DNA from: Octopus sinensis
Taxonomy: Eukaryota
Reading direction: 5' to 3'
Length of the DNA: 64,000 bases
Assembly (NCBI RefSeq): GCF_006345805.1
Contig: NC_043011.1
Location: 40,126,464-40,190,463, forward strand
Under the pieces are notes generated by a model. That model saw only the letters and a list, made by a program, of their open reading frames with translations, made no database searches and was not told the DNA's origin. The translations under genes and the position numbers were made by a program. Each line of letters opens with the position of its first letter. Within the stretch, counting starts at the first letter, position 1. This document shows, in pieces, positions 25,544-39,200 of the stretch.

Positions 25544-26679
25544 AAGTAGTGGTTGTCTGAATATTTATATATAGATACAGTATGAGAGTGAGTGGAGAGA
25601 GAGAGAGAGAAAGAGAAAAAGAGAGGTGTAGAGGAGGGAGAGAGAGAGAGAATGACTATCAGCTGTTGCTTTCTGTGGATCAGTGACTGACATTTCCACT
25701 TGATGATGATGATGATGATGATGATGAAGAAGATGGATATAAATATGAAGGCTAATGTAGAAGCGGTAATAAAGATAACAAAACTGAGTAGAGGAAAGGG
25801 AAATATGCTTCTCCGCTCCTCCCAACCCACCTCCCAGACATATACAAATACCAATACCATTGGTGCATCTGTAGCTGTGAGATAAGAAGCTTGTTTTGCA
25901 ACTACATGGTTCCAGGTTCAGTCCCACTGAGTGGCATCTTGGGCAAGTGTCTTCTACTATAAACTCAAGCCGACCAATGCCTTGTGAGTGGATTTGACAG
26001 GTAGAAACTAAAAAGAAGCCTCTCATATATAGTTATGTGTGTGTGTGTTTTTGTGTCTATGTTTGTCTTCTCTGTAACTTAAAGGGGGAAATAAAAAAAA
26101 AACTGGGGTTGATCTGTTTGACTAAAATCCTTCAAGATGGTGCCCCAGCATGGCAACAGTCTAATGATTGAAACAAGTAAAAAACAAGAGACAGAGAAAT
26201 TAAGCACACACACACACACACACAGATTTATAACAAGGTCAAACAGTTTTGTTCATGGAGGAGAGAGCTATCAATTATTATCATTGTAGAATCCAATTCT
26301 TGATTGGCACTCGTTTTATTGATCCTAGAACGACGAAATGCAAAGATGACTTCAATGGAATTTGAACTTAAAACACAAAGTAGGGTTCCATTTTTCCCTT
26401 TGTTTTTTTTTTGTTTTTTTTTTGTCTGGCATGAAAAAAAAAAGACTGCACACAGTACACACTGTAAAATGATTTGCATTAGGAAGGACATCCTGCTGTA
26501 GAAACCATGCCAAATCTGATACCGGAGCTCAATATAGCCCTGTGGCCTACCAGATCCTGCCAAACTATTTAACCAATGGTAAGTAATGGAGATGATGGTA
26601 TTGACTAATCTCTCCCACCCCTCAAAGATTGCTGGCTTTGGGTCTAAATCAGAAACTATTATTATTATTAAAGTGGCAA

Positions 26680-27370
26680 GCTGGAGTGCTTAGCTCAGAG
26701 ACCAAGGAGTCTCTCTAGATCAGAGTTTCCCAACCTATTTTCTTCAAGGCTCCACTATAACTTTACAGAAAAATGTATGCCCCACTGGTGGTTGGAACAA
26801 AAAAAAAAAAAAAGAAAAACAACTTTATTTTTGGTATTTCATAATTATATACTTTCCTTAAAGAAATATCAACACTGGGGCATGAGAATAGTGCTATACT
26901 GTAGCAGTATGCTTGGCTGGAGGGATTGATTTGGCTAAGCTGACTATAGATGTAGTAGGTTTGCTGTGAAAGAAAGATTTTCATAAAAAAAAAAATGGAA
27001 TCCCATGGCCCCACTGGTGGAGTGTTTGTCCCATGTTGGGAATCACTGCTCTAGATCATGCTGCTACTTATCTGTATTGAGAAGTCACAGCTCTGGTTGT
27101 ATGGACATGTGATTTAAGTATCACAAGGAAGAATTACAAGACGGATTCTCCAAGCTGAACCAGAAGCAGGAGACCTAGCAGTAGACCATGAACAAGATGG
27201 TTGGATAATATCCATAGTGTCAGTTGGTCGTGGTTGGGAATCCAGTCAGAAAGCCTAATGATGATTGCTTCTGACGGAATTCTATGGAAGCAGTGCTTTT
27301 GGATTCTTCCTCCATGACCCTCCCGGCAATAGCAAAGGAAAAAGATGAATGAATGGATGGATGGATATAA
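26680..27370 (+). mobile_element. RTE-type LINE 3' fragment (decayed), split by a hAT MITE
   Basis: Degenerate translation IEKSQLWLYGHV...RILQAEP...RWLDNI resembles the RTE ORF C-terminus; ends in an (atga/atgg)n tail. Confidence 0.7.
26721..27048. mobile_element. hAT/Charlie-like MITE with 8-bp TSD
   Basis: TSD ctctagat at 26713-26720 and 27049-27056; TIRs cagagtttcccaac / gttgggaatcactg. Confidence 0.88.
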
Positions 27371-28639
27371 TGTGTCAACATTTTTTTACCGTAGGAGTGA
27401 AAAGTTCATCATATTTGGGGTTGTGTTTCAGTTCTTTTTCTGTTGGATCCACCGGTTGTAAGGAGTTAACATCATGCTGGAAGAGAGAAGAGAAGATGAA
27501 AAGTTTATTAAATTGCATGTTTGAATAACTGAAAGGAGTTCTTGTTAAATAGCATTATAATTTACATATCATCATCATCATCATTTAACATCCGCCTTCC
27601 ATGCTAGCATGGGTGGGGTGGTTTCACAAGAGCTGGCCAGGCAAAAGCCTGCACCAGACTTCTCTGACTGTTTTGGCAGGATTTTCACAGTTGGGTGCCC
27701 TTCCTAATACCAACCACTCAGCAGGGTGGACTTACTGCATTTTACGTGGCACAAGCACAGGCAAGGTCAGTTTCGGACACCCTTCCGAACACCAAGCACT
27801 TTACAGTGCGGACTGGGTGCTTTTTTAATTGGGACCTGCACTGACAGGGTCACCAAAAGGGGAGAGGGCATTGGAGGAGGCAATCTTGTGTCCAATGATG
27901 AAAGGTTAGTGAAACAAATAGACAGAAACAGGTATCTTGCTGTAGAGGAAATATAAGGTGAGGGAGGGAGGGAGGGAGGGAGGGAGGGAGGGAGGGAAGG
28001 AGGGAGAGAGAGAGAGAGATCAGGAATGGAGACAAAAACAATTGCATTACCACAAAGGAAATAATATTAAAAAAACAATTCAACAATACAAAAATATGAA
28101 CGATGGGAGTCAGTGTAATTTTCATAGATGCTGCTGGTAAGACAGTTGACAGCAGGACCATTATATTATATATATGCATGTACATAAATGAAGGCATGTG
28201 GCCCAGGAGTAAAAGGTTTACAGTTTACAATCATGTCATGGGTTCAATTCCTGGACAATGCAGTTCATTAAGTTCTTAAGACCAAGATATTTCATTTCAC
28301 ATTGCTCTAGTTCTACTTAGCTTAAAGATGAGTACCAGATAAGACAAAAACAAAAAAAGCTGTAACATTCTTGATGTGCTGCAGAGTCAAAGAGTGGGAG
28401 AGTTGAGAGGGAGTTTCTGTCTGCTCACAACAGGTACCTAAAAGAATTAGTGAAAGCATGGTACATGTTATCAAGCTATATATGCTCACTGGTGGCGGCT
28501 GGTTCTTTGTGTGTGTGTGTGCATGTAAGCAAGTACATATGCATATATGCTGGTCATGCAGACAAAAAAAAAAAAAAAAAAAGAAGAAAGAATACAAGAA
28601 ATGTCTTAAACAGTTGTGAATGTTAAGCTTGGTAATCTA

Positions 28640-29090
28640 ATCTGTAATGGTGTCATATTTTAACACTGCTGAAACTATATATCAGAAAAGCTAGGCTTGC
28701 ACTTTAACAACGATCAGTTGCTGATCTATGAAGCTCAAGAGTCCCATTTAGGCTACCGTTCATATATCTGAGACAATGCTGTCACTAGAAAGCATGAATG
28801 TCTACAGGAAGGCCATTTGAAGGATTCATAAAGAGATTGCCTCATCAACACCTTTCAAACACTGACTTAAGACATGCTGTTTCTTCTACATTGACTACAA
28901 CAGCCTCCATTCCTCTGAATTAGCAATATGCATGATCTCCACATAGACCCTATATTTCTCTTTTCTGCTTGCTACCTTCTGCCTCTACCTCCCAAATTCC
29001 AAGTAAACTGCTTTTACAAATCCTTCTTTGCCAAAACTGCATTCCTTCTGACATCCCTTCTTTGCAGCCAATGACCCATAAACCTGAGAT
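28640..29090 (+). mobile_element. Highly decayed CR1/L2-like LINE 3' fragment
   Basis: Weak resemblance to a LINE ORF2 C-terminal region; many stops and frameshifts. Confidence 0.35.
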
Positions 29091-29488
29091 GTTTGTATAT
29101 GTGTGGATGTGTATATACTTGAGTTATAAGTGATGATTTAATAAAGGGTATCTGATAGTAAAACACTTCGAAATGTCTGATACGACCATGGAAAAGTGAA
29201 TTATGTATATATATATATATATCATTGCTATTATGCAAAAGTATTGTAAGTACAAAATGTTGCTTTTTCAGAAAACGAAAAATTAATTTCACCATTCCAT
29301 AGCAAAACCGTTGTACAACACTGTGACAATTTTTGATATCTTGGTATCTGAAGCAGCTGGAGATACAATAGTTTGAGCAAAAGAACCGGCTATTGCAAGC
29401 AAAAATAAACATGGAAAAAACACATTTGGACAAATGACAGTTTAACATAACAAGAACGATATATATATATGTATATATACACACACAT

Positions 29489-29888
29489 AGGTGCAGGAGT
29501 GGCTGTGTGATAAGAAGCTTGCTTTCCAACCACATGGTTCTAGGTTCAGTCCCACTGCATGGCACCTTGGGCAAGTGTCTTCTACTATAGCCTTGGGTTG
29601 ACCAAAGCCTTGTAAGTAGATTTGGTAGAAACTGAAAGAAACCAGTCGCGCGCACGCGTGTGTGTGTGTAGATATATGTATTTGTTTGTCTGTGTTTGTC
29701 CCCCTCAACATCACTTGACAACCGATGTTGGTGTATGTATGTCCCCATAACTTAGTGGTTCAGCAAAATAGACTGATAAAATAAGTACTAGGCTTACAAA
29801 GATTAAGTCGTGAGGTCGATTTGTTTGACTAAAGGCAGTGGTCCAGCATGGCTGCAGTCAAATGAATGAAACAAATAAAAGATAAAAG
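29489..29888 (+). mobile_element. SINE family A, full length
   Basis: ggtgcaggagtggctgtgtgataagaagcttgc...tail gaaacaaataaaagataaaag. Confidence 0.88.
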
Positions 29889-29889
29889 C

Positions 29890-30710
29890 TTGGATTTGGT
29901 CATTCAAACATTCATCAACACCTTTGTGCCATTGGAAAAGTCAGCAAATTAGGTCAATAAATTCCTCGCAAACTTTCCCGGTCTGATCATGCGCAGAGAA
30001 TCAATATGTGCTCTTCTTTGCTGTCATGTCTCACCAATGAACCTTTTTTGGACCAAATAGTGACTGGTGACAAGAAATGGGTTCACTATAAAAATATCAA
30101 GTGCCAAAGACAGTGGGTAGGGAAAGGAGAAACACTGGTACCCCAAGCTAAAGAAGTTCTTCACAAATGTAAGGTGTTGTCATTTGTGTGATGGGATATG
30201 AAAGGCTCAGTCCACTTTGAACTTTTAAACCCAAACTGAACAATAACAAAGGAGATCAACTGTGAGCAGCTTAAGTCAGTGATAGAAGAAAAACGACCAT
30301 CCTTGGTTTCAAAATGAAAGGTATTCTTCCATCAGGATAATGCTTGGCCACATACAGTGAGGATGACATGCCAAAGGCTGGAGCAGTTTGAATGGGAAAC
30401 GATACCCCACCCACCATATTTGCCGGACACTGTCCCATCTAATTATCATTTATTCTGCAGTCTTCAAAATCATTTGGATGGAAAAAAATATGAATTCTGT
30501 AGACAGGGTCAGAACAGTACTGGAGGAGTATGTTTCACCACAGTTAAGTGAATTTTGGAAGAGGGGCCTTGCAAGTCTACCAGATAGATGGAAGAGCATT
30601 GTAAAAAATGAAGGAGAGTATATTTTAGATTAAAAAAAAAGAATTTTGTTTATCTTAATTTTGAAAAATAAAAGCAGTATGAAAATCCGCATTATTTATA
30701 GGATGACTAT
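29890..30710 (+). pseudogene. mariner (DD34D) transposase pseudogene with 3' TIR
   Basis: FLDQIVTGDKKWV, HQDNAWPH and HPPYLPDTVPSNYHLF motifs; 34 residues between the second D and the third site (here D>N); in-frame stops and frameshifts; terminal ccgcattatttataggatgac-ta. Confidence 0.92.
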
Positions 30711-32547
30711 ATATATATATATATATATATATAATACATACACACACACACACACACATAGATACATACATGCATATATATGTATGTATATGTGTGGGTG
30801 TGCATGTATGAGAATGAAAAGGGGGCGGGCAATGAGAGCAGTGCCTCTAAAATTTCTAATTAAACCAAGTGTCAAGAAAAGAGAACAAAACGAAAAGTCT
30901 GAATAGTTGAGACTTAAAATTTTATCAGCTTGACACTGTCTGTAGCTAATAAGAGCCTTAAACATTAGCTGGTTTAATGCACTTTGCTACAAGTATGGCT
31001 GAAGATTCTGGCTGTATGGAGTCACAACACTGTATCCTTATCAACTGTTTTGTCAGCTAGCAGGTTTCCATTCAAATCTCCTAAGGATCTAAAGAAAGCA
31101 GCAGAAATCTTTAACATTCAGCTGCAGATCAGCATTCTTCAAACTGCCTTCAACACTTTTGCTATAAGACATGGCACCAGAAAATAGCAGGTGATGGTTA
31201 CAGGGTGTGTAGCTTCTTTCCAGTCATGCTGGAGCATCACCTTTAAGGGTCTTAATATTCAGATTACTATGTCAAATGCAATGCTTATTTATTCACTCTA
31301 GCCAGACCCATGAATATTTAACGGAATTCATAGTAAACTTATTGGGTTATTTCTGAAACTATATCCCAAAACCCTGAAAGCGTAGCATGTCTTGTGTCTG
31401 TATCAAAAGATAATCACTCATCTGTTAATCATTGAAATGTGAAGGAAAATGAAATACGATGATTAATTAATGCACCTTATGTATACACTTTATATACCAT
31501 ATGCACAATTTTATAGACTTATTACACAGCACTCTTCCTCTTTGCTTTACCCTCTTTTTCTCTGTCCCCTTTTTTTTCGCTCTTCACCTTTCCCTTCAAC
31601 TAATCACATGAAAGCATTAAAGATGAGCTAAGCCCGGTCCTTATTCTGTCAATCTCTTTCGCTGAACTGTTAAGTTATGGGAACATAAAGACACCAGCAC
31701 CGGTTGTCAAGCAGTAGTGGCAGACAGAAACAAACACAAAGACACACACACATATGACTGGCTTCTGAGTTTCCATCTACCAAATCCACTCACAGGGCTT
31801 TGGTCGGGCCAAGGCTATAGTAGAAGACACTTGCCCAAGGTGCCATGCAGTGGGACTGAACTTCAAACCTACCACACAGTCATGCCTCTTGAAAGATTAA
31901 TTTTAACAAGTCAACCCCAGTTACTTATTCTATTGGTCACTTTTGCTGAATCACTAATTTACAGGGATGTAAATAAACCAACACTTATTGTCAAATGGCA
32001 GGGGGACAAACACAAACAGAAGACACACAAACACCCACAATGAACTTCTTTCAGTTTCTGTCCATCAAATCCACTCTCAAGGCATTGGTTGGCCAAGTGC
32101 TATGATAGAAGGCACTTTCCCTAAGCAGCATGCAGGAGGGGGGGGGGGCAAAACCCACAACCAAGAGATTGGTAAGCTGAATTCTTACCACAGTACCTGC
32201 ACCAAGATACCTGGTGCCTTGCTGTACTCAAGAAGACCCATCCCCTACAGCAGAAGTGTTAAGGTTGCTCCCCCTGATAAAGAAGATTGGCCTGGAAGAG
32301 TCCAGTGTTGGTGCCATGGAAAAGTGCTCGTCTGGTGCCACGCTAAAAGCACCCAGCACACACTGTAAAGTGGTTGGTGTTAGGAGGAGCATCCAGCCAT
32401 AGAAACCAGGCCAAATCAGACAGGAACCTGGTGCAGCTCACCAGCGTGCCAACTCTGGTCAAACCATCCATCCACCCCATGCCAACATGGAAAATAGATG
32501 TTAAAGGATGATGATGATGATGTGTTTGTTTGCATATAAGAACTGGA

Positions 32548-32797
32548 ATGCAGTGACACCACTGTTATATTAAAAGCTCTTCTAGCCTTCCTCACATGGA
32601 CACATTGGAGGAAGGGACACTGACTCTGCTCTTCAAGGGCCCTCCAAGACTCCCAAGACCACTGATATTGATGCAGTGACACCACTGTAATATTAAAAGC
32701 TCTTCTAGCCTTCCTCACATGGACACATTGGAGGAAGGGACACTGACTCTGCTCTTCAAGGGCCCTCCAAGACTCCCAAGACCACTGATATTGATGC
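32548..32797. repeat. Near-perfect 123-bp tandem duplication
   Basis: atgcagtgacaccactg... begins at 32548 and at 32671; one visible mismatch. Confidence 0.95.
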
Positions 32798-34699
32798 TGT
32801 TTGTTAATGTTGCTCTTCAACTACTGCAAATCAACAACTTCACATTGCAATTAGATATTGGATGGAGAGTTAATTACAACGAGAATGGTTCCAGGACAAT
32901 TAACGAATGACATACTCCACATACTTATACATACTCACTGTTTAAATATAGAAAAAATATGTAAATGCACAACAACAAATGTACTTCACAGGGGCTTATG
33001 ACATTTTCTAAATAATTATGCCATTGGTAGGTTCTGGTTTGTCTTTTGAGAGAGGAGGAAGAGGGAAATATTTTGTATATTTTTTTCTTCTATGTCCCCT
33101 AAACAAGATACAGTTGGGAAGTGAAATGAGGGAGGCAACGAAGGCAAGCTATAAAGGAAACACACACATCGTAGTCTATGAAGAATAAACTTAAGTTGAG
33201 CACAAGACAGCTGCATTTATTTAGAAGTGGAGATGAGAAAGAACGATATCTAAATGATGAGGAGAAACAGAGAGGAAGAGAGAGGGAGGGAGGGAAAGAG
33301 AGAGAGAGAGATATATATAGGGAGGGAGAGGGTCTGTAAAAAGGGGAGAGGAAGAGGAGTGAAAACAAAACAGAGATATAAAATATGCTTGAGAAAAGTG
33401 GGAGAGGGTGAATTATGTAGTCAGGGGGGAGAGGGTGAGAGAGTAAAAGGATGGAAAAAGAACACACACACACACACATGCGTGCAGAGAAAAAGAGAGA
33501 GAGAGAGAGAGCGGACTAGACAGAGCAGACCTGACTCTGAAACAGAACTGATATAAAACATCTTAAATGAAAGTGGAAGGAAGTATTAGTTCATTGAATC
33601 ATCTGCAGCATAACGTACACACAACCCTCCTGGCATTTGTTTATTCAACAGAAACTTGACACGGGTGAAAGGCAATATAAAGTTTGTGACGTCGATTTGA
33701 ACTTGGGACATTTCAAAACTTACAGTAAGAGAGAGAGAGAGAGAGAGTTTGAGTGAAAGGTTGTTTTGTATACTTTTCAGCCGAGAGAGATTCAAGAAAA
33801 CTAAAGCATCTTCCAACCAGTAATATAAACCGGTTGCTAGTTCAATGTCATGCATGCCCTTGTTTGCAGTTCTCATGATTTAGATTGAGAATATTTCAGA
33901 ACCTACAGGAGGACAAACTTCTATACTTTTCACCCAAAAACATAAAAAAAAAACTAAATATTTAGTAATATATTACAGGGTGTTGAGTCAATCTCAGTGT
34001 ATGTCCTCAATGTTGCAGCCATCAGGGGTTAAACCCAGCATTAAAAAAAAAAAAAACCGAAAAAACAAACACACAAAAAAAAAATGAAGATAAAAAAGAA
34101 AGAGCTAAAGGGACAAGGCTTGTATTTTTCATCCTCAGAAACTTAGGAAAATTAAATATTCAGTCATGTTGTGTGGTGTTGTTGATTCAAATTTGAATCT
34201 AAGCCTTTATTGTTGCTGACTGCCTGATGCAGTTGACAAAAACTGTCATTGTGCTTTTTATCAAAAGGATATTATTTTTATTACTGTGACACCCATAAAG
34301 ATAAGATGCTGATAAAGCTGACTATATTTAAAAAAAAACCAAAAACAAAAAAACTCCTATATGCTGCAGTAACGATGATGATGATTTGAATTCAAGCGTG
34401 TGTGGGCAGTGGGGGTGGAGAGGGAGTGATTCGAATTTCTATAAGAACTTTGCAGCTCAAAGGAAACAATTTTTAGAGCCCATGATAAAAACATTTATAA
34501 CAGAGGTGTGGATTACTGAGTGTGATTGTAATCGTCATCATTTTAATGATCATTTCTCCATACATGAAAGGGTCAGATGGAATTCACTGAAGAAGATTTT
34601 CAATGGCTGGATGCCCCACCGCCTGTAACCAGTCCTCACGTCTTTCTGAGCAAAGCAATATTTTCTTCTAGTCTGACAGGTTTCTACCTAATGCACAAT

Positions 34700-35440
34700 G
34701 CCAAGACACACACACAGGTGCCCGCAAAAGCACTATCTGAACAGGATTGATGCCAGGCCCACCTGACTGGCTCCCGTGCCGGTGGCATGCAAAAAGCACC
34801 CACTACACTCTCAGAGTGGTTGGCTTTAGGAAGGGCATCCAGCTGTAGAAACCTTGCCAGATCAGATTGGAGTCTGGTGCAGTCACTGGCTCTCCAGACC
34901 TCAGTCAAACCATCCATCCCATGCCAGCATGGAAAACGGACATTAAACAATGATAATGATGAATGATTAAAGAGTATCCTTCAATCATTGGGCAATAAAC
35001 TGTGCTTGCGAGGGCCTGTTGAGTCAAGTGAAGTCGCAGTCGTGGCCGATGCCAGTACAGACTGACTGGCATCTGTGTCGGTGGCATGTATAAAGTACCA
35101 TTTGAGCGTGGTCGATGCCAGTGCTGCCAGAATAGCACTGTGCTGATTGCACATTCGAGTGTGGCTGTTGCCAGTGCTACCTGACTGGCACCCATGCTGG
35201 TGGTATGTAAAAAGCCCCATTCAAGTGTAGTTATTGCCAGTGACTCTTGACTGGCTCCCATGCCGGTGACACATAAAAAGCACCCACGACACTCTCGGAG
35301 AGGTTGGCATTAGGAAGGGCATCCAGCTATAGAAACCTTGTCAGATTAGATTGGAGCCCGGTGCAGCCTCCTGGCTTGTCAGTCCTCAAACTGTCCAACC
35401 CATGCCAGCATGGAAAGCAGACGTTAAACGACAATGATGA
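34700..35440 (+). mobile_element. Two tandem family C elements, the second with about five internal ~55-60 nt modules
   Basis: Repeated gccagt...gactggc...tgccggtggcatgtaaaaagcacc modules followed by an RTE-like tail. Confidence 0.82.
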
Positions 35441-36499
35441 TATATATATGTCTATCTATCTATATATATATATCTTTCAGTCACTGGACAGTGGTCAGTG
35501 GACTGTGGCCATGCTAGGACACCACCTTGAAGAGTTTAGTCAAAAACATCAACTGAAGTATTTATTTTCATGGCTGGTAGTTATTCTGTGGGTCTATTTT
35601 GCTGAACTGCTAAGTCATAAGGATGTAAACATATCAACATTGGGTGTCAAGCAGTGGTGGGGGACAAACACAGGAATGATATATACATGTAATATCGTAG
35701 CCAATTCAACATGGATGTCCATTCAAATAGGTTTCAGGCTATTTCTGCTAATAAACATATACAATAGGTGTCATTCAGTTTTTGTCTACCAAATCCACTC
35801 ACAAGGCTTTGCTCAGCCCAGGGCTATAGTAGAAGACACTTGCCCAAGATGCCACACAATAGGACTGAACCCAAAACAATGTGATTGGGGAGGCAAACTT
35901 CTTACCACTCAACCATACCTGCATACACACACACGAAACCACTAACCAGCAGATTTCACTTATCTGTTGTCAAAACTTCTGGTGGGATGGTCATGGAGAG
36001 ATACAAAAACAGTACTATTAACAATTCAAATACTACTTTTTCTCTACATACAACTTAAACCACTCATTAGTCAAACTTGCATCTAAATTTCACTGATGCT
36101 TGAAATAATGCACTTAACCCCCCCCCCCCCCACACACACACACACAATCTGGTATTCATGATGCTTCACTGGCTTCTGTACCACCTTCTGGCCTTCCTCT
36201 CTCTCTCTCATGACCACTGCAACCACCACCATCACTGCTCCTCCTTCTCCTCCTCCTACTACTACAGCTGCTGCTGCTCTACTTCTCTAATTCAGCAGTA
36301 TTATTTCTGGGAGTGGAAGGGAATTTCATTAATTTGTTTGGTATGTGTGTAAGTGAGTGTGTGTGTGTAGGGGTGGTTTTGTGCCATCCAATTTGTTGAG
36401 TTGTCCTCAATGGTTGAAATCATTCAGGATTTTCTCACCCGAAACCTCTAAACACTCTTAGCTCCTGAATTCTGTTTACAGTTCATACACATATTTTAT

Positions 36500-37255
36500 T
36501 AGTGCAGGCTGTGTTAGTGGAGGTGTAACTAAAACATCCGGAGAGCATGTTGTTTCCAAATTTCTGGCAGAGTGAATTGCATCATGGTGCTGTTTTCCTC
36601 ACAGACAGTGCCCAACCGACCCTAATATACTCTTTCACTTGTTTCAGTCATTTAACTGCGGCCATGCTGGAGCGCCGCCTTTAGTCGAGCAAACCGACCC
36701 CGGGACTTATTCTTTTGTAAGCCCAGTACTTATTCTATTGGTCTCTTTTGCCAAACCGCTAAGTGATGGGGGTGTAAACACACCAGCATCGGTTGTCAAG
36801 CAATGCTAGGGGGACAAACACACACACACACACGTCACTTAGCGGTTCAGCAAAAGAGACTGATAGAATAAGTACTGGGCTTACAAAGAATAAGTCCCGG
36901 GGTCGATTTGCTCGACTAAAGGCGCTGCTCCAGCATGGCCTCAGTCAAATGACTGAAACAAGTAAAAGAGTAAAAGAGTATATATATATACATATATACG
37001 ACAGGCTTCTTTCAGTTTCTGTCTACCAAATCCACTCACAAGGCATTGGTCGGCCCGGGGCTATAGCAGAAGACACTCGCCCAAGATGCCACACAGTGGG
37101 ACTGAACCCGGAACCATGTGGTTGCTTAGCAAGCTACTTACCACACAGCCACTCCTGCACCTATACTGTGTAATTGACAAAATCAAAAACAAACAATGCG
37201 CATGCATGAAATTAAAAATATAAAATGGCAATAATCTACCCATTGCATCGTGTAT
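36500..37255 (-). mobile_element. 5' end of a maT-like DNA transposon interrupted by a composite SINE (36630-37162)
   Basis: 36540-36625 and 37163-37255 match 55660-55821; tatact is duplicated on both sides of the insertion. Confidence 0.8.
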
Positions 37256-38297
37256 ATATAGCATAAGTATAAGGCTTAGAAAATAAGTCCTAAGGTCAAT
37301 TTGCTTAGATGGAGTGTAACGGGTTAGGCAGGTGCTAGTTGTTCTGTAAAGAAGATGGTTTAAATACAACTTGTAAATAATGATAAGGCATATTGCAGCC
37401 CATTTATGCTGGCATTTAAAGATACCAGGTGCATTTACATGCAAACAAATACTCACATACAAACAGGCTCTGACACAAGTCAGTACAAAATAGCATTTGA
37501 AAACAATGAATTAGTGAATTGAAGATTCTTGATGTGGACTTGTGCACTGAAATAAGATTCTGTACCTCAGTACGGTTTGCATACCAATAGCCACACACAC
37601 ACACACACTGGTTCTATTTTATTTCTTTATTATTATTTGTTAATTGGTTAACTATTTAACCAATTAATATATTGCTTGTTTGATTAATCATTTGGTCAAT
37701 CAATCAGCCACGTTTGTCAAAATCATCCATCCATCACTATTCGTGACCTTATCACAAAGATCCCATTTTTACTCCAGATCTGCTTCAGGCCCGCCTGTCT
37801 CTGCCAATCACATATATTGCATTTTCATTTATTCGGACATAACATACTCCTAACTACATTAATCAGCATGTCCTTCTGCTAGATGTAGAACTAGCTGCTA
37901 TATATAGCAATTCAAGTAACCACACAGAGGCTCTTTTATTAATGTAGTGTTGTTATTTAGCCCCGGGCCAGGCATATTGCACAGATGTAGTACGAAGCAG
38001 TAACTATGTCATTTTGGCAGCTGATTTATGTCTTAAACTTGCAAATGGATAGCTGAAAAATAACAAGTCTTTCCGGTGGAAGAAGAGGCATATTTTGAAT
38101 ATTTCTATATGAATATGACAAATTTTGGTATTATTAAATACACACAAACACAGAGTATTTGCATACATTACTTTCTATTAGCAGTTAACAGATGGGCAGA
38201 CTGTATGCTTGTGTGTACACACACATATAAACGTATAACATTTGCAGACTAGACATTAATTATGAGCAGATTGTGTATTGTGCATGTATAATTACAC

Positions 38298-38347
<50 letters not shown>

Positions 38348-38366
38348 ACACATATTCATAAATGTG

Positions 38367-38414
<48 letters not shown>

Positions 38415-38429
38415 GGTGTATGGAGTTTA

Positions 38430-39200
38430 TAAATTTGACAACTTTGTGTAAAGGAATGTTACCATGTCTGGCATGAGAACTTCCTAGCTGCCTTCTTGCT
38501 GCTCACTGATCAACTTCATCTGTCTCTCTCCCATCTCTTGGATTGGACATTTCCTCTCAGTGCATTCCATGCACTGACTGAACTCTCTCCAACCCACATT
38601 CTAAACCATCTACAGCTCTGATGTACCTCTCATAGTTTCATCAATACAGCTTTCCTACACTTCTCCTTCTGTAATATTAGCGACCTACTTGTCGTTACAT
38701 TTAACAAACACACTTCTATGCAGATGATATCAACAACCTTTCCTTCCTCCTTAACATTCTGCAGTCTGGCGTCATCAACATGCAACCAAGAACACCCGAC
38801 ATCAGACACCCACAGCTTTCATTAACAGAGAGAGAGACATCAAAAAACATTCCCTGGTGGAAAGATAACCATCAATCCTCCTTCAACACAATTACTATAC
38901 ACATCAAGAAAAACAAGTCTTGCACTATATTCTTGTAGGTATATGAATAACACACTGATAAAGGCCCCACAAATTTGCTGCAAATATTAGCTTTCACAAA
39001 TTCTAATGATCTCTCACGATAATCTCACATAGATAATGCTACTGAAAACTGCATCTCAAAGACTAAGCTTCTCCTTCAGGACCAGATCAGTGACCGACTC
39101 TTCAAAAAAAAAACTGCAATCACATAAGTCTACTGCTCACATATCAAACCAGAAATGGTATCTCCCTGTATATGTTTGATCTGCAAGTTATAACAGCCAA
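38430..39200 (+). mobile_element. Decayed CR1/L2-like LINE reverse transcriptase fragment
   Basis: cacttctatgcagatgatatc = HFYADDI at 38711-38731, preceded by a degenerate PTLFLLYISDLL-like motif. Confidence 0.65.

Noticed and set aside
29147-29183. Third hammerhead-like remnant (ctgatag...ttcgaaatgtc)
   Set aside because: The core and stem II are too degenerate to support a call.
29014-29748. 244-aa minus-strand ORF (likewise the 213-aa ORF at 35304-35945)
   Set aside because: Both read through SINE bodies; the same peptides (EDTCPRCH, HLPKVPCSGTEP) recur at every SINE copy.
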